A stretch of 64,000 nucleotides of DNA from Limnothrix sp. BL-A-16. Lineage in GTDB: Bacteria; Cyanobacteriota; Cyanobacteriia; CACIAM-69d. The notes beneath the pieces were generated by a model, which was not told the DNA's origin, ran no database searches, and saw only the letters and a program-made list of their open reading frames with translations. The stretch spans positions 608,001 to 672,000 of the forward strand of contig CP166615.1 in assembly GCA_041937175.2 (NCBI GenBank), in the 5' to 3' direction. This document shows, in pieces, positions 27,922-38,758 of this stretch (positions are counted from its first letter, which is position 1; each line of letters starts with the position of its first letter). The position numbers and the translations under genes were made by a program.

Positions 27922-28659
27922 CTAGGAGCCAGCTCTCGGCAGGCTGCCTTCGCGCGGGACGATTGTTTTGGTAGCCCGGTTCGTTTTCGCAATGATGTAG
28001 TCGATCGCTCCGGCCAAATTCGGGGCGATCGCGTCGGGTTCGTATCCTTCCAGGCGATCCCGATCGCGAATTCCGCTGAGTACACCCACGATCGGGATTT
28101 GAGCCGATCGAGCCGCCGCAATATCCGCTTCCGTATCTCCCACCATCCAGGTCAGGGCTGCGGGTGGCAGCTCGACCATGGCTTTGGCCATGAGCTTGGG
28201 CTTATCTTCCACGTCGCGGGTTTTCACATAATCATTTGGTAGGCAATAGCGGCGATCGGGCGTAAAGAACCGAGCCAAGCCACACCGCTCCAGGGCTTCA
28301 TCCAATTCCCGCACCCGGCGCATCGTCATCACCACCAGTTCCCAGCCCATGTCTTGGGCCCGCTCCAGCGCTTGGATTGCACCGGGAACCGGTTGATCCA
28401 GCGGCATATATTCCATGCGGTGAACTGTGTCCCGCCGCAGTTGGGCAAATTGATCCGCCTGGGTTCCATCCAAGCCCGATCGCAGCCCAATTTCAGCCTC
28501 TTTGACTTGGGCCCGTTTCAGGTTCCAAAATTCCTGCTTGGACAAACGGTGGATTTCCTGACCCGATCGAGCAATTTCCCGCAAACAGTATTGATAGACC
28601 TGGTAATACCGTTCTGAAACATCCGCGATCGGGCCGTCGAAATCCGTAATTAGTCTCAT
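27922..28659 (-). CDS. HAD-family hydrolase
   Basis: ITDFDGPI motif I, MTMR, K, MVGDTEAD motif IV. Confidence 0.92.
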   Translation of the reverse strand: MRLITDFDGPIADVSERYYQVYQYCLREIARSGQEIHRLSKQEFWNLKRAQVKEAEIGLRSGLDGTQADQFAQLRRDTVHRMEYMPLDQPVPGAIQALERAQDMGWELVVMTMRRVRELDEALERCGLARFFTPDRRYCLPNDYVKTRDVEDKPKLMAKAMVELPPAALTWMVGDTEADIAAARSAQIPIVGVLSGIRDRDRLEGYEPDAIAPNLAGAIDYIIAKTNRATKTIVPREGSLPRAGS

Positions 28660-29833
28660 ATGTCACCAGTTGCCTAACCATGGACAAGCGAATTTCGCAA
28701 TTAGTTTGCAAACTGATTGCCTTGGCTCGCCCTTAGGTTTGTTAAGAGTTGTAATGAAATCTATCTAATGACAATTCACCCCGTTCGTCAATTGAAAGGG
28801 TCGTTATAATCACCGATCGTTCATCGAAATATGCAATGACTTGATCCAAGATTGCTTATTTTCATTCTCAATAACCCTAATTTTTAAGCAGTTCCCGACA
28901 GCATTTCTGGGCCCTGGACTGGCGCTGATTCCCGATCGTCGCTGCCGATCATCACTGCAATCACTTGCAGCCATCCCCCATTGCCCTAACTCAGCGGCAC
29001 GGTCGGCGACGGTCATGCATGGTCCAAAGTCACAATCATCATTCATCACTAAAATTCATATCGAGTTCGAGTTATCAAAACCGGTTAAAAATTTGGCACA
29101 AGTTCGCGCTCAATGAAGCGGCAATTTGGCAGTAATTCCCCCGAAGTTTAGTGCTGATTTGCCCAAGTACACCTGTTGAGCCAGTCATGAGCGGTCGAAT
29201 ATTGCGAGTTTGGCCATGATCGATCGGGGGGCTGCTCCTACGACGTGATCCCCTGAATTGGCGGCTCAGCCCCGATCGGGCGGCCGATGGTCGTTTGAGC
29301 CATGGCAGGGACTGTTACGAAACATTTCAGAAATAATGCTAATATGAAGTTGCCCTTAACAAGTTCCAGGGCAACCCCCCAAAAGTCACGCTTTTAGACC
29401 CCCACTTCACCAAGTCTTTACGCAAAAACGGCAAATTTTATACGTTTCTTTAACTGGGTCTGGCTTAGACTTTTTAAGCTGAAATCGAGGCAAGGGGAGT
29501 GTATCTTGCAATGAGCCTTGAAGTATGGCCTGCTCTCACGTCAAATCTCGATCGCACGAAGCGAAATTACCCCAAAGCCTCATCGGTTTTCGCAACAAAT
29601 CGGTTGTTTTTGTGCCCAGTCAAACAGGATCTTGGTTTGCAGCTTGTCCGCTGTACCTGTTGAGACATCACCTGAGTCTCTGAAGCATTGCTCAACCTGA
29701 CTTGAACGGTTTTTCCAAAACAGCTATCCCCATTCATCAATTTTGGTCGGTAGCTGCGGCATCCAAACTCGGCGTGCCCCCTCTGCAATCACGACGCTTC
29801 AGCGTCATTTGTTAGCTTTCTTCAACTTCCCAG

Positions 29834-30094
29834 ATGTTCCAACTTCTCCAATTCCTTCGTGACAGCATCGATCGCATTGAAATCCGCGATCGGGAAATGG
29901 CCCTTTTGATCTATCGCCTCATCCCCAGCCAATGCCCCTTCGCTCGGGATGTAAAGTTGTTTGGGCGCTTGTTGTTTCGGATTCCGCCCCTGTGCAAGCT
30001 GAATCCGCTCTATGAACAGTTGATGGGCCTGCGATTCCGCGCCACCTGCTATTTGGTTGACCAATGCGGCATGGATCTGCTGGCTTTGGGTTAA
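29834..30094 (+). CDS. Mo-dependent nitrogenase C-terminal-domain protein (function unknown)
   Basis: LIPSQCPFARDV.LFG....IPPLCKLNPLYEQL.GLRFRA. Confidence 0.9.
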   Translation: MFQLLQFLRDSIDRIEIRDREMALLIYRLIPSQCPFARDVKLFGRLLFRIPPLCKLNPLYEQLMGLRFRATCYLVDQCGMDLLALG

Positions 30095-30101
30095 ACAACC
30101 A

Positions 30102-30803
30102 TCAAAGCCACAACCGATCGCCCAACAGGGCCATCACGCTGCTCGCAATGGGCACGGTGAGGTTGTCGATTCCCCACTTGGAGAAGGCTTCCAACCCCGC
30201 TGCCACCCCGGCAATTCCCAGGGCGATCGCCCCAGCCGGCCAACTGAACCCTTGAGTACTAAACAAAATACTGGCGGCCACCAGAAAGCTAACGATGGCC
30301 ATGGTGGCACTACCTTCCCAACTTTTGGTGATGCCGCCTAATTGATATGGGTGGCGGCCAAACCGCTGCCCCACCAAGGCCGCCAACCCATCACCCCAGG
30401 CCATGACCAAAATGCCCAGCGCTGCATATTGGGGGCGATCGGCTGGCCAGCAAAGGGCAATGACAAGACCAATGCTGACGGCATAAAACAGCGTGCCCAA
30501 ACTCCGGCGACCCACGCCGTTCACGCTGGGAAGCAGGGGCAGGTGATAGGACAACCAGGCCCCCAAGGCGGCCAACAGAGAAGCCGTGATCCCCACCCAG
30601 GCAGGAATTTGCAACCACCAGGCCAAGAGCAACACATGGCCGGTGCTGATATGAACCACTTTGCGCCCCACTTCGGGCCCCGCAACTTGGCGGCGATAGA
30701 GCCATTCGGCGGTGAAGATGGTGGCTCCCAACCAGGCGGCCACTAGGGCGATCGACCCCAGCAAAGAGGGTGTGAGGTTGAGGTGAGGATCAAGGAAAGA
30801 CAT
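30102..30803 (-). CDS. Phytol/polyprenol kinase family membrane protein
   Basis: RKVVHI, R.SLGT.FYA, MAWGDGLAALVG, KSWEGS, GIDNL.VP. Confidence 0.9.
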   Translation of the reverse strand: MSFLDPHLNLTPSLLGSIALVAAWLGATIFTAEWLYRRQVAGPEVGRKVVHISTGHVLLLAWWLQIPAWVGITASLLAALGAWLSYHLPLLPSVNGVGRRSLGTLFYAVSIGLVIALCWPADRPQYAALGILVMAWGDGLAALVGQRFGRHPYQLGGITKSWEGSATMAIVSFLVAASILFSTQGFSWPAGAIALGIAGVAAGLEAFSKWGIDNLTVPIASSVMALLGDRLWL

Positions 30804-30920
30804 GGGAGTTGCAACGCAGCCGAACCCGATCCACTCTAGCCTGGATTGCGGCGCTCCCGAGTTCCCAGACTGGGGGCTACCAATTTGGCGGCCGCCCGGT
30901 CAGCTTCGTTCACCATCCAA

Positions 30921-31925
30921 TTAGCGGCGACGGCCACTACTGCCAAAACCACTGCGCCGACTGGAAGATCCCGAGCTACGCGATCGCTCCCGCGAGGAAG
31001 AACCGGACGATCGAAAGGTGCTGCTACCAAAGCCGGCCCCGGTCGATCGGCTGCGATCACGGCTTGGGGAACGAGTGGCGCTGGACGGTGTGGCGGTTGT
31101 GGTGGAGTCAGGGGCTGCGCTGGGCGTTGCGGCCGGAGATGAACCACTGGTGCTGGAGCCAAAGCCACTCGATCGGGAAGTGGGGCTGGGGCTAGGGCTG
31201 CGGGTTGGGCTGTTTGCTGGCGAAGGTCGCAAATTCTGGGTGGTGCGGAAGTTGCGATTTTGCACAGGCGCTGGAGGAGCGTTGTAGCGCTGTTGATATT
31301 GGCCGGCGGCCTGTTCATAGGTTCCGCCATAGCCCCCAAATCCCGTCAGTACCGATCCCGATCGATAGGGCGGCGGCACGTAATAGTAGGGCTGATAAAA
31401 ATCCAGGTCAATTTCCAACTCCCCACCGCGCTGCATCGGTTGCCAGTAGGTGGGTTGCACTCCCGCCTGTTGCACTTGGGTCGGTTCACCGCTCAACATT
31501 TCAATCTTGAAAGTCGGCAACAGATGCAACACCGGAGAACTCGTGGGGCTGCTGACGGCCAGATAGCTGGTTTTGCCCGCTTTGGCTTCCGCTTCCGGAA
31601 TCTGAGCCATTTGCAAGTTGCTGACTCGGTAGGGACTCATACCCGGCGGCGCATTCAGCAACATGAGGGTATATTCCCCGGTGCTGTTGTTGTAGCTGGC
31701 CTGTTGCACGGGATAGTTACCCGCCACCACGGGCGCAGCGGCCCTTTGGCTGACGGTGCCATTGTTCGTCGGGCTGTTGGCCTTGTTGGCGGAACCGCCG
31801 CAGGCCGCCAAGCCACCCCCCAGGGCGATCGCCAGGGTTAATGCGGTGACTCTGCTGAGGGCTAGATATCGAGATCGAGACCACACAGAACCTAACGAGT
31901 CTACCCACAGTGAATGAGAAGCCAT
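30921..31925 (-). CDS. Hypothetical lipoprotein with Ser/Arg/Gly low-complexity tail
   Basis: Lipobox LAAC; YPVQQA.Y...GEYTL.LLN; YY.PP.Y..G. Confidence 0.8.
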   Translation of the reverse strand: MASHSLWVDSLGSVWSRSRYLALSRVTALTLAIALGGGLAACGGSANKANSPTNNGTVSQRAAAPVVAGNYPVQQASYNNSTGEYTLMLLNAPPGMSPYRVSNLQMAQIPEAEAKAGKTSYLAVSSPTSSPVLHLLPTFKIEMLSGEPTQVQQAGVQPTYWQPMQRGGELEIDLDFYQPYYYVPPPYRSGSVLTGFGGYGGTYEQAAGQYQQRYNAPPAPVQNRNFRTTQNLRPSPANSPTRSPSPSPTSRSSGFGSSTSGSSPAATPSAAPDSTTTATPSSATRSPSRDRSRSTGAGFGSSTFRSSGSSSRERSRSSGSSSRRSGFGSSGRRR

Positions 31926-32083
31926 GGCAGCTACAGGATTTCAGAGAGATTGAGAAGGTTATGGATCAATCCCCATGACTCTACAAAACTTGCGGGATGG
32001 CTTGCAATGGCTGAAATCAGCGATGAACTATGACCGGTAATTCCTCCAGGGCAGATCCTGATCGCCCCAAGATTGCAAATAGC

Positions 32084-32118
32084 AAAACGACGGCTCAGTC
32101 CAAAAACTGAGGCCGTCG
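32084..32118 (-). terminator. Intrinsic terminator of the small gene 32202-32438
   Basis: cgacggcctcagt / actgagccgtcg stem followed by TTTT on minus strand. Confidence 0.6.
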
Positions 32119-32201
32119 AGAGAGGAGAAAAGAAATGAGACGATTAACGCGGTTGAAATTCAGCTCAGGGTTTTGACGGTTCAAAACCTCTGCTGGGGCC
32201 C

Positions 32202-32438
32202 TTACTGTTGGGTCACCTGCTTGCTGGTGTACGCATCCATGGCGTAGGCATAGGCGGGGCGGCGCTTACCGTAGTCGATCGAGGAACCCGTGATCGCTTC
32301 GGCCAGGGTTTCAAATTCTTGGGAATTCCAGTTGCGCGAGTGGATCGGTTTGGTCTGCTCGCCCAGGAAATAGGCTTGGGTTCCGAGGACGACGGCTGCG
32401 AGCCAGCCGATCGCGAACAGTGCGATGAGTAAAACCAT
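32202..32438 (-). CDS. Small single-TM protein, probably Psb35-related
   Basis: GWLAAVVLGTQAYFLGEQTKPIHSRNW; GAGG upstream; family assignment from recall. Confidence 0.65.
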   Translation of the reverse strand: MVLLIALFAIGWLAAVVLGTQAYFLGEQTKPIHSRNWNSQEFETLAEAITGSSIDYGKRRPAYAYAMDAYTSKQVTQQ

Positions 32439-32475
32439 GACAACCTCTCGGGGTGATCGCAACGTTTCGTTGCCT

Positions 32476-32514
32476 TATGTAAATAAATGTAACAAGATAT
32501 TTACAATCTGTCAA
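32476..32514 (-). promoter_or_regulatory. Sigma70 promoter overlapped by HLR1 (RpaB) site
   Basis: TTGACA (32514-09), 17 nt, TACATT (32491-86); GTTACATT-TA-TTTACATA (32493-76) matches HLR1 consensus exactly. Confidence 0.8.
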
Positions 32515-32773
32515 GGCGATCGCCCAATCCGGTTTTCCCAGGGGTGCTTTGCCCTTCCCAAAACCGCCAAATTTAGACAATTCAAGGGTTTCTGTGGATG
32601 ATGTCTACCGGCTTGGTTCTTTCAACCATCCGGTTTTTCACCCCGAACCCCCCAAGGTAGCCCATCAAAAAGCGATCGGCCATGACCGATCGCTGAGGAA
32701 CAGAAGCCTCGATTCTGAGAATCTGGCTCAAATTGTTAAAGAACGTTGCAAGACTGGAAAATGAAATTAGCCC

Positions 32774-34225
32774 CTAGGACAAGGCCGCCTCTAGGCGATC
32801 GTGGGCTGCCGGCTCCGTCACGGGCGTTAGAATCCCCAGTTCCGAGTCTGGAATTCCCAGCAGGTTGCCGTAAAGCTTCACGTATTCGATCGCGGATTTT
32901 TCCCAACTGAAATCTTGGCCCATGGCCCGCTGCTGCAACTTGAGCCATTCCGCCTTGAACCGGAAGGCCTCCGAAGCCCGCACCATGCAGGTAAACAGAT
33001 CCAGCGGCTCATAGCGATCGAAACAATAGCCCGTGCCCGCTTGGCCCACGGGATCGTTATGTTGCACCGTGTCCACCAGGCCGCCTGTCCGCCGCACGAT
33101 CGGGATGCAACCATAGCGCATGGCCAGCATTTGACTGATTCCGCAAGGTTCAAACCGTGACGGCATCAGGAACGCATCGCACCCGGCATAAATCCGGCGG
33201 GAAAGGGCATCGTTGTATAGCAGAAAGACTGAAACGCGGCCAGGATGGCGAGCCGCCAGTTCCCACATCTGGGTTTCATAGTAGCGATCGCCCGTTCCCA
33301 GCAGCACAAACTGCGAATCGGTGTAGGCCAAGAAGCGATCGATCGTCTGCATGATCAGATCCACCCCTTTTTGTTCCACCAACCGCGACACCATCCCCAC
33401 CAGGAACGTGCTGGCGTTGATCTCTAAGCCCATTTCCTCTTGCAGGGCCACCTTATTCAACCGGCGATTCTCGATCGTCTCGGCCGTGAACGGTTTGACC
33501 AAAGCGCGATCAGTCGCTGGGTCGTAAACCTCCGTATCAATCCCATTCACAATTCCCGACAGCTTGCCGCTAATCCAAGACATCAACCCCTCCAACTGCT
33601 CGCCATAGGTGGGGGTTTGGATTTGGTGGGCATAGGTGGGTGACACCGTGGTGACCCGATCGGCATATTGCACCGCCGCCGCCAAGGTGTTGTGGCCCTG
33701 CATATACCAAGGACACCAGGTCATTTGCTCCAATTTCCAGCGCCAAGGCCCCTGGTAAGCCAGGTTGTGAATCGTAAAGACCGTCGAGATGTCCGGCGAT
33801 TGGTGCATCCAAACCGGAATCATGCCCGTATGCCAATCATGGCAGTGAATAATCTGAGGTTTCCAATAGTTCCAAGCGAATTCCGAGGCAGCATTGGCAA
33901 ACAGGGTAAACCGCCAATCCTCGTCATCCCCAGAATAGATACGCCGCGGCCAAAACGCCGGATGCCCCATTAGGTATAGGGGAACATCGGTTCCCGGCAA
34001 AGTTGTTTCATAGACGGCAAACCGCTGAAACATGGCATCGCTCCACCAGATTGGCTCCTTGGGCGCGTCCACTAACTTGTCAGCGATGAAGCCATAGAAC
34101 GGCATAAAGATCCGCACATCGTGGCCCATGGCCCGCAACACCTTGGGCAACGCACCAACCACATCGCCCATGCCACCCACCTTGGCCAGGGGAGCTACTT
34201 CAGCGGAAACAAACAGGATTCTCAT
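32774..34225 (-). CDS. glgA: Glycogen synthase
   Basis: [44 protein letters not shown]. Confidence 0.98.
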   Translation of the reverse strand: MRILFVSAEVAPLAKVGGMGDVVGALPKVLRAMGHDVRIFMPFYGFIADKLVDAPKEPIWWSDAMFQRFAVYETTLPGTDVPLYLMGHPAFWPRRIYSGDDEDWRFTLFANAASEFAWNYWKPQIIHCHDWHTGMIPVWMHQSPDISTVFTIHNLAYQGPWRWKLEQMTWCPWYMQGHNTLAAAVQYADRVTTVSPTYAHQIQTPTYGEQLEGLMSWISGKLSGIVNGIDTEVYDPATDRALVKPFTAETIENRRLNKVALQEEMGLEINASTFLVGMVSRLVEQKGVDLIMQTIDRFLAYTDSQFVLLGTGDRYYETQMWELAARHPGRVSVFLLYNDALSRRIYAGCDAFLMPSRFEPCGISQMLAMRYGCIPIVRRTGGLVDTVQHNDPVGQAGTGYCFDRYEPLDLFTCMVRASEAFRFKAEWLKLQQRAMGQDFSWEKSAIEYVKLYGNLLGIPDSELGILTPVTEPAAHDRLEAALS

Positions 34226-34702
34226 GGGGCGATCGCTTCTATATAGAGATCAGATGCTATGCAGGGCTGTAACTGTTTTACCAGCGGTTCGGTGTTTTGG
34301 GAGTGCTTATTGCTGCCGATCCCCACCGATCCCCTGAAGCCGGTCGGCCCATGGGGCCCCATCGGACAGTTACGAATTTTGCAAAACGGGTTTTGTGCGC
34401 CCATCCATCCTGCTTATTGCGAAAATCAGCGCATTTTTGCCCGATCTCAGCCGCTGGTTTCCCTGATTGTCCTGGTTTTGTCAAACCCTGGCCAGCCGCG
34501 CAATAGCGGGCAACTGAGGATTTTGTGATTCAAGATGCAGACCACCTCGCCAAAGGTGGGTATTCTAAAATTAGAGAACGCAATGATTTCGAGTTTTGAT
34601 ATTTCTTTACTAATTTGCCGTCAAAACTGCAAAACGACTTCAAAATTCGTTACTATAGAGTTTCCTCAGTTGCCCAGCGGTCGTTCGCGGAGCCGAACTG
34701 CC

Positions 34703-35659
34703 ATGAAAAAAGACCCCACAGCTACGGATCTCGTTCGCGCCTACCTTCGTGAAATTGGTCGCGTTCCCCTGCTCACCCACGAGCAAGAAATCGTCTTGGG
34801 CAAGCAGGTACAACGCCTCAACGTTCTGCAAGAGGAAAAAGACAAGCTGACCATGCGCCTGGGCTATGAACCCGGCCTGGCGGAATGGGCAGCGGCCACC
34901 GGTTTGAGCCTAGATGAGCTGAAAGCCGCCATTCGCGAGGGCGATCGCGCCAAACGCAAGATGGTGGAAGCTAACTTGCGCCTCGTGGTGTCCGTTGCCA
35001 AGAAATACATCAAGCGAAATGTAGACCTTTTGGATCTGATCCAGGAGGGCACGATCGGGATGCAGCGCGGCGTTGAGAAGTTTGACCCCACCAAGGGCTA
35101 TCGGTTTAGTACCTATGCCTATTGGTGGATTCGTCAGGCCATCACTCGGGCGATCGCGGAAAAGGGGCGCACCATCCGCCTCCCAATCCACATCACCGAG
35201 AAACTGAACAAAATCAAAAAAGCCCAGCGCACTCTGTCGCAACAACTGGGCCGCAGCGCCACCATTGCCGAGTTGGGCGACGAAATTGGCCTCTCTCCCA
35301 AGCAAATTCGGGATTACCTGGAACGGGCCCGCCAGCCCCTGTCGTTGGATTTGCGGGTGGGCGACAACCAAGATACGGAACTCGGCGAGCTGCTCGAAGA
35401 CGAAGGGCCCTCCCCGGAGGAATTTGCCACCCAGTCTTCTCTGCGCGGCGACATTGAAACCATCATGGCCGACTTGACCCCCCAACAGCGGGAAGTGCTT
35501 TCCCTTCGCTTTGGGTTAAGTGACGGACAAGCCCTCACGTTGGCCAAAATTGGCGATCGCCTGCAAATTAGCCGTGAGCGCGTCCGCCAAATTGAGCGCG
35601 AAGCCCTCACCAAGCTCCGCAAGCATAAGGCGGATATCCGTGAATACCTGGCCAGTTAA
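34703..35659 (+). CDS. Group 2 RNA polymerase sigma factor (SigD-like)
   Basis: [53 protein letters not shown]; no region 1.1. Confidence 0.93.
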   Translation: MKKDPTATDLVRAYLREIGRVPLLTHEQEIVLGKQVQRLNVLQEEKDKLTMRLGYEPGLAEWAAATGLSLDELKAAIREGDRAKRKMVEANLRLVVSVAKKYIKRNVDLLDLIQEGTIGMQRGVEKFDPTKGYRFSTYAYWWIRQAITRAIAEKGRTIRLPIHITEKLNKIKKAQRTLSQQLGRSATIAELGDEIGLSPKQIRDYLERARQPLSLDLRVGDNQDTELGELLEDEGPSPEEFATQSSLRGDIETIMADLTPQQREVLSLRFGLSDGQALTLAKIGDRLQISRERVRQIEREALTKLRKHKADIREYLAS

Positions 35660-35725
35660 TTAGCCTGGGTTCGTCTGTCACTGATCTTAAGTCCGTTTCT
35701 TAGGCGACCATTCATATAACCCCTG

Positions 35726-35758
35726 CACGCTGGATCAATCAGATCCAGCGTGTTTTTT
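35726..35758 (+). terminator. Intrinsic terminator after sigma factor gene
   Basis: cacgctggatc-aatca-gatccagcgtg followed by T6. Confidence 0.9.
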
Positions 35759-35985
35759 GGCTTCAAGGGAGCAGGGCGATCGACTCCCTCGGGGCCTCTT
35801 TTCATGGGGGTTGAACCCGGAAGCAGCATGAAGATTTCATGAAGACTTCATGTGTCCTTCATAGATTAAATCGACATTATGAAGTGTTGATGAAGAGACT
35901 AGGCGAAAAAGGTCTCAAAACCTATGATTGGGATCAAGCGGTACTTAACCAAATGTTCTTCTACGTCTTCATTTGGTGATTCTTC

Positions 35986-36948
35986 ATGAAATTCTCAGTT
36001 GTTATCCCCTGTTATAACGCCGAACAATGGATTGATCAAGCTCTGCAAAGCATTGCCGAACAAACCATTCCAGCTAGTGAAGTCATTGTGGTTGACGATG
36101 GTTCTACCGATCGCTCGATCGAGTACCTGCATCGCAGCCCAGTACCTACTAAAATCTTGCGCACACCTAACCTGGGTCCAGGAGGAGCCAGAAACGCAGG
36201 CATTGCTGCCGCCACTGGCGATTGGGTTGCCTTTTTAGATGCCGATGATTGGTGGAAACCAAACCACTTGGAGCGCATTCAAAGCCTAGTTGAAAACTCG
36301 GACGATGTGCTGTATTTAGCCGCCGCTGAGCACTATTCCATCAGTGCCGATCGAGTGGTTTCCATGTCCGATACGGGGCCATTTTCAGAGCCAACTGGAC
36401 AACTAGATCACGCCACCTATTTTCAGCTTTATCGCAAGCATGGCATCTTAGAACTGTCGAGTTTAGCCGCTCGTCGATCGCACCTACAAGCCGTTGGCGG
36501 GTTCGATGAAAAAGCATCCGGTGCGGAAGATTTAGAACTAGTGTTGCGAGTCATTCATGGCCAAACCTGGGCCTATGATCCAGTGCCTTCAAGCCTGTAT
36601 CGGTGTAGCAATCCTGCCAGCTACTCCCGCACTGCCCATGCCAATGAACAGCGCTTAACCGCTAAGTTTCGAGTCTTTCTGAAACACCGCGACCATTATC
36701 AGATCAGCCAATCAATCTTCATGGAGCTGGGCAAAACCATGATGAGCAAGGCAATTATGAGCGGTGATTGGCGAATGCAACAGCAGGTTAAGGAGTTGGT
36801 TTATTACTACCTATCGACTCCCCAAAAAGCTGTTTTCTCGATCGCTGGACAATTGCCCACGTTCTATAGCCTATTGAATCAACTGCGCAATCAACTGAAA
36901 GGAGAACAGTACCGGCCTCGCAAGGTGTTGAACCCGGTCAGTGCTTAA
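35986..36948 (+). CDS. Glycosyltransferase family 2
   Basis: SVVIPCYN, VVDDGSTD, ARNAG, AFLDADD, ED. Confidence 0.93.
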   Translation: MKFSVVIPCYNAEQWIDQALQSIAEQTIPASEVIVVDDGSTDRSIEYLHRSPVPTKILRTPNLGPGGARNAGIAAATGDWVAFLDADDWWKPNHLERIQSLVENSDDVLYLAAAEHYSISADRVVSMSDTGPFSEPTGQLDHATYFQLYRKHGILELSSLAARRSHLQAVGGFDEKASGAEDLELVLRVIHGQTWAYDPVPSSLYRCSNPASYSRTAHANEQRLTAKFRVFLKHRDHYQISQSIFMELGKTMMSKAIMSGDWRMQQQVKELVYYYLSTPQKAVFSIAGQLPTFYSLLNQLRNQLKGEQYRPRKVLNPVSA

Positions 36949-37396
36949 TCTTTTCAACATTGCTGCCTAGGCTTTCATACCATTGCATTGTTCTTGATTG
37001 GGGTCACTCAATTTCAGCCCCAATTTCAGAGCCTGCTAAAAGCGGTTCACAGCTAGCTGTCAATCGAGTTCTGTACTTTCATCTTTAATAGAACCGGAGC
37101 ATTCAATTTGTTCTGGTTCTATTTTATTTTTTCTGTTATTCTTCGATTTTTTATATGCTTGATTGATTTCTATATTCTGAAAATGAATAGTAGCTCCGTT
37201 GAAGTTGACTTTCTGGTGATCCAGATGATCATGCTACAGATAGGCCACTTAAGCATTATTAGATTTTGTTTGATCAGTCTAGATCACAAAGAAACTACCT
37301 AATTTTACTGATTGGTGGCGTGAGAAATCGAGCAAACTGCCACATGATCGATCTCCGTCAAATCCGGTGAGGTCGTTTTGGCCTCGTCCTGGCTAG

Positions 37397-37527
37397 GAGG
37401 AAGTCTGAAAAACCAAAACTGCTACCCTGTGGATCTCCTCGATCGACGCAGACCGGGGGCTGAAGCTCCTTGAAACCGGGACTACTAGCGCTTTGCCAAT
37501 CCCCCAAGTGACTTCTCGGGCATCTTC
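37397..37527. mobile_element. Degenerate miniature element, family B
   Basis: gaggaagtctgaaaa...cgatcgacgcagac-gggggctgaagctcctt...gcatcttc aligns to the reverse complement of 26160-26275. Confidence 0.6.
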
Positions 37528-37706
37528 TTTAGGTCTAAATTGACCTGTTGATGAACCCTGAGTTGACCCTGATTTGGCTCTCAGTTAGTTCTGAGTTAGC
37601 TCTAAACTGACCAATTGGAACCGCCGCCCCCCGCTTCAGCCGCTCGCACCGCCTTGGTGCGCTGGGCTGCTGAATGTGTTAGTCCCGCCACGACGGAGAA
37701 ACCGTA

Positions 37707-38594
37707 GTGCTCATGTTCGATCGCCTCTTGGCCCAAGCCCCCAAACTCGCTGCCTATCCCCTGCCCTTGCGGATCGCTAGCTTCATCGGTGTGTTGTTGG
37801 TGTTGTGGTTGCCGGTGGCGGCCCTCACCTGCTGGCCACTGGTGCTGTCCCTGGGTTGGAGCCACAACCTCACCAATCTGATGGCGGTGTTGACTTTATA
37901 TTTGGCAATCCTGACCACCCTATGGCTGTGGGGGCGACGGGTGCGCGGTCAGCAACGGCCCCTCTCTGCCTATGGTTGGTCTTGGAACCGGGGCATGGTG
38001 CAGGATGTGGCGATGGGTGTGGCGATCGCGATCGGGAGTTTTGCCCTGCTCCATGGTCTTTATTACCTGTTGGGTTGGTTTTGGTGGGAAATGCCGCCTA
38101 ATCAGTCTTGGTTAACCATTTGGCTGAATGGCATCCTCAACGGCGTGGGGATTGCATTCCTCGAGGAACTGTTTTTTCGAGGTTGGTTTTTGGCAGAATT
38201 TCGCCACTCCATGCCCCAAAAGCAAGCGGCCGTTTGGACGAGCGCGATTTTTGCGACCCTGCATTTTCTGAAACCTTTAGATGCTGTTCTGGCCACCTGG
38301 CCCCAATGGCCGGGCCTGTGGCTGCTGGGAATGACCATGGTGCAGGCGCGGGCCTTGGGGCGGGCCCAACCGGGCAGTTTGGGTTGGTCGATCGGGATGC
38401 ATGGCGGTTGGGTTTGCACCATTACTGTTCTGAGCCTCAGCGGCATGGGACACTACAGCCCGACCGTGCCCGCTTGGCTCACGGGCATTGGTGGCAACCC
38501 CTTGGCCAGCGTGTCGGGGTTGGCCTTCATGGTGATCGTGTTCGGGCTGTTGCGCTGGCGATCGCACCGGCAATCCATGCCCCCCATCCACTAA
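37707..38594 (+). CDS. CPBP-family (CAAX/Abi) intramembrane protease
   Basis: EELFFRG, FATLH, IGMHGG motifs; multiple TM helices. Confidence 0.92.
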   Translation: MLMFDRLLAQAPKLAAYPLPLRIASFIGVLLVLWLPVAALTCWPLVLSLGWSHNLTNLMAVLTLYLAILTTLWLWGRRVRGQQRPLSAYGWSWNRGMVQDVAMGVAIAIGSFALLHGLYYLLGWFWWEMPPNQSWLTIWLNGILNGVGIAFLEELFFRGWFLAEFRHSMPQKQAAVWTSAIFATLHFLKPLDAVLATWPQWPGLWLLGMTMVQARALGRAQPGSLGWSIGMHGGWVCTITVLSLSGMGHYSPTVPAWLTGIGGNPLASVSGLAFMVIVFGLLRWRSHRQSMPPIH

Positions 38595-38758
38595 AAATTG
38601 CTTAGAAAATCCTTGGGAAAGCGCCTGGAAAGCTCATCAAGATTTGATCACCATCTTGATCGCCTGAATGATCCTCTGATCAGCCCCATGGCGAATCCAA
38701 GACCTCGGCCAGATGTGTCAAAATTCCTGTACGCCTTGATTTGCGCCCCAAATTTCCC

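Noticed and set aside
29834..30094. Evidence of nitrogen fixation from the Mo-nitrogenase C-terminal domain
   Set aside because: The domain name is not diagnostic and no nif genes are present
32489..32504. NtcA site GTA...TAC
   Set aside because: Spacing is N10, not N8; HLR1 explains the sequence better
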